A DNA stretch of 63,619 nucleotides, counting the filler. It is 4 parts of 4 records of this genome, joined end to end, with 100 filler letters (N's around TTAATTAATTAA, not from the genome) between each part and the next. Parts side by side here need not be neighbours in the genome. Positions count along the whole stretch, not along the records: positions 54,360 to 63,619 come from SRR20825019_2764; 3 more parts are not named here. The stretch is one strand, 5' to 3'. Shown here piece after piece: positions 59,277 through 63,619 of the stretch. A model generated the notes under the pieces. It was given only the letters and a program-made list of their open reading frames with translations, did no database searches and had not been told where the DNA came from. Numbering within the stretch: position 1 is the stretch's first letter; the number at the start of each line of letters is the position of its first letter. The translations under genes were made by a program, and so were the position numbers.

Positions 59277-60248
59277 TCAGCCGTTGCCCTGCCTCGGCTG
59301 TTGCACCATGGTTTCAAAGCCGATCTGGGCAAACCGCGACAACAGAGGTTCCGGAAGATCGTGCCCCATGCCGTCAATCATCTCAACGCGGGCATGAGGC
59401 ATCAGGTATCCCAACTGCTCCGCAGCCACCGGCCGCACCAGCGGGTCGGCCTTGCCATGAATCACGGATACCGGCACCCGTATGCGCCGTGTGGCTGATG
59501 ACAGGCTGCCAGTGGCAAGGATGGCACGGGTCTGGCGGAGAATGCCGGCGGGATGATAGCTGCGTCGGAACTCCCGTACGATCCGGTCCCTCACTTCCTG
59601 TTCGCGAGGTGGGTAGCCCGGACTCTGAATCGCCTTCCAGAAGTCCAGGGAGCGTGCGACAACTGCGGCTTCATCATGCCCCTTCGCGCCAATACCTGCC
59701 AGGCGCCAGATCAGCTTTGATTTTGGCATCGGCAGGCGCGGGCTGTTGGTGGAGGTCATGATAAGGGTTGCCGAGCGCACGCGTTCGGGGCGATTCGCAG
59801 CCACCAACTGGCTGATCATGCCGCCCATGGAAACACCCACCAGGTGAGCGCAGGTCAGGCTGAGGGCGTCCATCACCTTACAGACATCGTCCGCCATGTC
59901 ATGCAGGGTATAGGGCGCGGCGATCGGCAGGCCCATCCGGTGCCTTGCCATGACCGCAACCGGATGACCCTCCAGGCGATCCTTCAGGTGCGATGACAGC
60001 CCGATGTCGCGATTATCAAACCGGATTACCCGGAAGCCTTCACGAACATACTGGTCCAGCAACGCCTCCGGCCAGAGCGTCATCTGCGCCCCCAATCCCA
60101 TCACGAAGATCACTGGCTCCCCGGCGGGATCTCCCCGGGTTTCCACACAGAACGACAGCTCGCCTGCCTGGACGTGAAGGGTCTCGGGCATGGCGTTGAC
60201 CGACGTATCGGCAGAACTCCAATCAGAGTGGCTTAGGGTTTCCGGCAT
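59277..60248 (-). CDS. Alpha/beta fold hydrolase
   Basis: FDNRDIGLS, GVSMGG nucleophile elbow, HGKADPL, GMGHD; start could be at 60191. Confidence 0.93.
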   Translation of the reverse strand: MPETLSHSDWSSADTSVNAMPETLHVQAGELSFCVETRGDPAGEPVIFVMGLGAQMTLWPEALLDQYVREGFRVIRFDNRDIGLSSHLKDRLEGHPVAVMARHRMGLPIAAPYTLHDMADDVCKVMDALSLTCAHLVGVSMGGMISQLVAANRPERVRSATLIMTSTNSPRLPMPKSKLIWRLAGIGAKGHDEAAVVARSLDFWKAIQSPGYPPREQEVRDRIVREFRRSYHPAGILRQTRAILATGSLSSATRRIRVPVSVIHGKADPLVRPVAAEQLGYLMPHARVEMIDGMGHDLPEPLLSRFAQIGFETMVQQPRQGNG

Positions 60249-60491
60249 TGAGGGACTCCTGAGATAACCAGTCCACAGCTTAACCCGAGAGGCTACGAAT
60301 CCAATAGCTTTGCAGACCCACGTCGCGTCAGAACAGCGAATTCTTTGCAGCGAATATTTACAGATGGAAATAAGTATATAAACTCAATGAGTTATACGCT
60401 TCCGCCGAGCTCAGATCTGTACTACTCAGATCCATATCGCCGGTGTCGCGGAAGCTCCTCAATACCAAGGCACAAACACAGGGAGATTCCC

Positions 60492-61850
60492 ATGGAAGCC
60501 TTTGAGTCGTTTATTAGCAGCATTAACGCACTGGTCTGGGGCCCGCCCATGCTGGTGATGATTCTTGGTGTCGGCCTGTTTCTGAGCATTGGCCTGAAGC
60601 TGATGCCGGTATTGAAACTGCGAGCCGGTTTCCAACTGATGTGGAAAGGCCGTACCGGGGCCGAATCAGAGGGCGAGATTCCTCCATTCCAGGCCCTGAT
60701 GACCGCGCTGTCGGCTACTGTTGGCACCGGTAATATTGCTGGCGTTGCCACCGCGGTATTCCTGGGCGGCCCCGGAGCGCTGTTCTGGATGTGGCTGACC
60801 GCCCTCGTGGGTATGGCGACCAAATATTCCGAGGCGGTACTGGCGGTACGCTTCCGGGAAGTGGACGAACGCGGCGCCTACACGGGTGGCCCGATGTACT
60901 ACATTCGCAACGGCCTGGGTAAAAAATGGGCCTGGCTGGGCGTGCTGTTTGCCATCTTCGCCGCTGTGGCCGCGTTTGGCATTGGCAACACCGTGCAGGC
61001 CAACTCGGTGGCCGATGTTCTGGAAACCAACTTCAACCTGCCGCACTGGGTGACCGGCCTTGTGTTGATGGTACTGGTAGGCCTTGTGCTGATCGGTGGC
61101 ATCAAACGCATCGGGCAGGTGGCGAGCACGTTGGTGCCCTTTATGGCCATCGCCTATATCCTGGTTGGCCTGATGGTACTGGCCATTAACGCCGAGCAGA
61201 TTCCGAACGCCATCGCCATGGTATTTACACACGCGTTCAGCCCGGTTGCCGCCGAAGGTGGCTTTGCCGGCGCCGCCGTCTGGGCCGCTGTCCGCTTTGG
61301 TGTGGCCCGCGGCATTTTCTCCAATGAGGCAGGTCTCGGTTCCGCCCCTATCGCCCACGCGGCAGCCCAGACCAAGAACCCGATCAACCAGGGCATGGTC
61401 GCCATGCTGGGCACGTTCATCGACACGATCATCGTGTGCAGCATCACCGGCCTTGTCATCATCAGCTCTGGCGCCTGGACGTCAGGTGAGACCGGTGCGG
61501 CACTGACCTCACTGGCCTTTGAAACCGGACTGCCCGGGTTTGGCAATTACGTTGTCGCCATCTCCCTGGCGATTTTTGCCTTTACCACGATTATCGGTTG
61601 GTCGTTTTACGGCGAACGCTGCATTGAGTTCCTGTTCGGCGTCAAAGCCATCGTGCCGTACCGCGTGATCTGGATACTGGCGATACCGGTCGGTGCCACC
61701 ATCAACCTTGGCCTGATCTGGCTGATCGCCGACACGCTCAACGCCATGATGGCGCTGCCAAACCTCGTGGCCTTGCTGCTACTGAGCCCGGTGGTGTTCA
61801 AGCTCACCCGTGAGCATTTCGAGAAAGAGCGGTCAGTCGGCGTTAGCTGA
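60492..61850 (+). CDS. Alanine/glycine:cation symporter (AGCS)
   Basis: GTGNIAGVA, GGPGALFWMW, GGPMYY, FSNEAGLGS; GGAG RBS before the ATG. Confidence 0.95.
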   Translation: MEAFESFISSINALVWGPPMLVMILGVGLFLSIGLKLMPVLKLRAGFQLMWKGRTGAESEGEIPPFQALMTALSATVGTGNIAGVATAVFLGGPGALFWMWLTALVGMATKYSEAVLAVRFREVDERGAYTGGPMYYIRNGLGKKWAWLGVLFAIFAAVAAFGIGNTVQANSVADVLETNFNLPHWVTGLVLMVLVGLVLIGGIKRIGQVASTLVPFMAIAYILVGLMVLAINAEQIPNAIAMVFTHAFSPVAAEGGFAGAAVWAAVRFGVARGIFSNEAGLGSAPIAHAAAQTKNPINQGMVAMLGTFIDTIIVCSITGLVIISSGAWTSGETGAALTSLAFETGLPGFGNYVVAISLAIFAFTTIIGWSFYGERCIEFLFGVKAIVPYRVIWILAIPVGATINLGLIWLIADTLNAMMALPNLVALLLLSPVVFKLTREHFEKERSVGVS

Positions 61851-61988
61851 TACGTAGGTGGAGTCGGATGAGGCAAATCAAGACCCCTTGGTTTTCTCCC
61901 ATCCGCCTCCACTGTTTATCGTATAGACTGAATTTTGTGCCGGCGCTTCGTCTGGCCGGGCTTTCGTATCATCAAAGGAGGAAACGCG

Positions 61989-62642
61989 ATGAGTTTACGT
62001 CTGGGAGATACCGCACCGGATTTTGAGCAGGATTCCAGTGAAGGCAGGATCGACTTTCACCAATGGCTGGGCAACAGCTGGGGCATACTGTTCTCGCACC
62101 CTGCCGATTTTACGCCGGTGTGCACCACCGAGCTCGGCCTGACGGCCAAGCTGAAAGACGAATTCGCCAAGCGTGACGTCAAGGCAATCGCTCTGAGTGT
62201 GGACCCGGTCGATTCCCACAAGGATTGGATCAAGGACATCAACGAAACCCAGGGTTGTGCCGTTAACTTTCCGATCATTGCCGACCACGATCGCAAGGTG
62301 TCTAACCTTTACGACATGATCCACCCCAGCGCCAGTGAGACGCTGACCGTGCGATCGCTGTTCGTGATCGACCCGAATAAGAAAATCCGCTTGATGATCA
62401 CCTACCCGGCCAGCACCGGTCGCAACTTCAACGAAGTGCTGCGGGTTGTAGACTCGCTGCAGATGACCGACATTCACAAAGTGGCAACACCAGGCAACTG
62501 GGAACCCGGCGGCGACGTGGTGATCGTGCCGTCCCTGCAGGATGAGGATGAAATAAAAGAACGTTTCCCGAAAGGCTATCGGGCGGTGAAGTCCTACCTG
62601 CGGATGACGCCGGACCCGGGATCGAACTGGAGTGGCGATTAA
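61989..62642 (+). CDS. 1-Cys peroxiredoxin (Prx6 family)
   Basis: FSHPADFTPVCTTE, YPASTGRNF; AGGAGG RBS. Confidence 0.95.
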   Translation: MSLRLGDTAPDFEQDSSEGRIDFHQWLGNSWGILFSHPADFTPVCTTELGLTAKLKDEFAKRDVKAIALSVDPVDSHKDWIKDINETQGCAVNFPIIADHDRKVSNLYDMIHPSASETLTVRSLFVIDPNKKIRLMITYPASTGRNFNEVLRVVDSLQMTDIHKVATPGNWEPGGDVVIVPSLQDEDEIKERFPKGYRAVKSYLRMTPDPGSNWSGD

Positions 62643-62669
62643 GCGCTGAACGCGCAATCCGCTGAAACG

Positions 62670-62698
62670 AAAAAGCCGGGCTGATGCCCGGCTTTTTT
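62670..62698. terminator. Bidirectional rho-independent terminator
   Basis: AAAAA-GCCGGGC-tgat-GCCCGGC-TTTTTT between convergent genes. Confidence 0.9.
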
Positions 62699-62717
62699 AT
62701 GCCTATTGTTCCTGGCC

Positions 62718-63500
62718 TCAGAATGCCGGAACCACGGCTCCCTCGTACTGCTTCTTGATAAACGCCTTGACGTCATCCGTTGTCAGCACCTTCGCCAGCT
62801 TCTGGATTGCCTCATCGTTGGCGCGGCTTTCATGAGCCACCAGAATGTTCACGTACGGCGATTCAGCCCCCTCAATAACCAGCGCATCTTCCGTCGGATT
62901 AAGGCCGGCTTCCAACGCGTAGTTGGTGTTAATGAGCGCCAGATCCACCTGGTTCAGGATACGCGGCAGGGTCGCTGCCTCCAGTTCCTTGAATTCCAGA
63001 TCTTTCGGGTTGTCAGCGATATCACGCGGCGTAGCGGTGATCTTGCTGCCGTCCTTCAGGGTGATCAGACCGGCTTTTTGCAGCAGAAGCAATGCACGGC
63101 CACCGTTGGTGGGATCGTTGGGGATCGCCACTGTGGCCCCGTCTTCAAGCGCTTCCAGAGAGTCGATCCGGCTTGAGTAGGCACCAAACGGCTCAACGTG
63201 GACACCCACTACGCTGACCAGGTTGGTACCACGGCCATCGTTGAATTCGTCGAGGTACGGCTGATGCTGGAAGAAGTTCGCGTCCATCCGCTTCTGATCC
63301 ACCTGCACGTTAGGCTGGACATAATCGGTAAACACCTTCACATCCAGCTCCACACCCTGCTCCGCCAGCTTGGGCTTAACAAATTCCAGGATCTCGGCGT
63401 GAGGTACCGGCGTTGCCGCCACGGAAAGCTTTTCCGCAAGGGCTGCGGAAGAGAATGTCGCAATGGCAGCCACTGCCACCAGGGTCTTTTTGAAGTTCAT
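62718..63500 (-). CDS. metQ: MetQ/NlpA family methionine ABC substrate-binding protein
   Basis: FTDYVQPN, DANFFQHQPYL, IPNDPTNGGRALLLL, INTNY; type-I signal peptide without a lipobox Cys. Confidence 0.9.
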   Translation of the reverse strand: MNFKKTLVAVAAIATFSSAALAEKLSVAATPVPHAEILEFVKPKLAEQGVELDVKVFTDYVQPNVQVDQKRMDANFFQHQPYLDEFNDGRGTNLVSVVGVHVEPFGAYSSRIDSLEALEDGATVAIPNDPTNGGRALLLLQKAGLITLKDGSKITATPRDIADNPKDLEFKELEAATLPRILNQVDLALINTNYALEAGLNPTEDALVIEGAESPYVNILVAHESRANDEAIQKLAKVLTTDDVKAFIKKQYEGAVVPAF

Positions 63501-63619
63501 AAGCACGTTCTCCTGTTGTTTAAAATATCATTCAGACCTCGGAAGCCAGCAAAGACTCCGGGCCCGTGGCGGGAAAGCCCTTCCGAAAACGTGGAGCGCC
63601 AGGGATGGCGCGACCGAGC

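Noticed and set aside
60249-60491. Glycine riboswitch upstream of the AGCS transporter
   Set aside because: The ordered conserved blocks (GGAGA..CCGAAG..CUCAGG) are not present.
61858-61912. Imperfect inverted repeat after the AGCS gene (GTGGAG..CGGATG / CATCCG..CTCCAC); also TTCGTCCC/GGGACGAA at 59190-59224
   Set aside because: Single copies, probably mRNA-end stem-loops; too little evidence to call an ncRNA or repeat family.

Overview
The window is not one locus. It is four unrelated contigs joined by artificial 100-bp linkers (N44-TTAATTAATTAA-N44). (1) 1-17271 is a GC-rich bacterium, probably Opitutae/Verrucomicrobia (inference). It carries SDR, OsmC, argH, MFS, mutL, glgP, an ACP+KAS pair, ydbH-ynbE-ydbL-like genes, a PlsY-shaped membrane protein and an AbgT transporter, and ends in an integron cassette array (three whole cassettes, four attC sites, integrase not in window). 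Two of the three cassettes replace the normally invariant AAC/GTT core with a reciprocally co-varying ATC/GAT core; this is the best candidate for an undescribed system. (2) 17372-45322 is a kinetoplastid-like eukaryote: 15 intronless co-directional genes with uniform ~93-164 bp spacers, no TGA stops, a four-domain channel with a D/D/D/E filter and a dimeric dUTPase. (3) 45423-54259 is an intron-containing flagellated protist: LRR protein, THUMP methyltransferase, kintoun/DNAAF2 with an SCP2-like insert, EGF-multipass membrane protein. (4) 54360-63619 is a Marinobacter-like gammaproteobacterium with mostly housekeeping genes plus a DGC facing a degenerate HD-GYP gene. All family and taxon calls come from motif recognition, not database searches.
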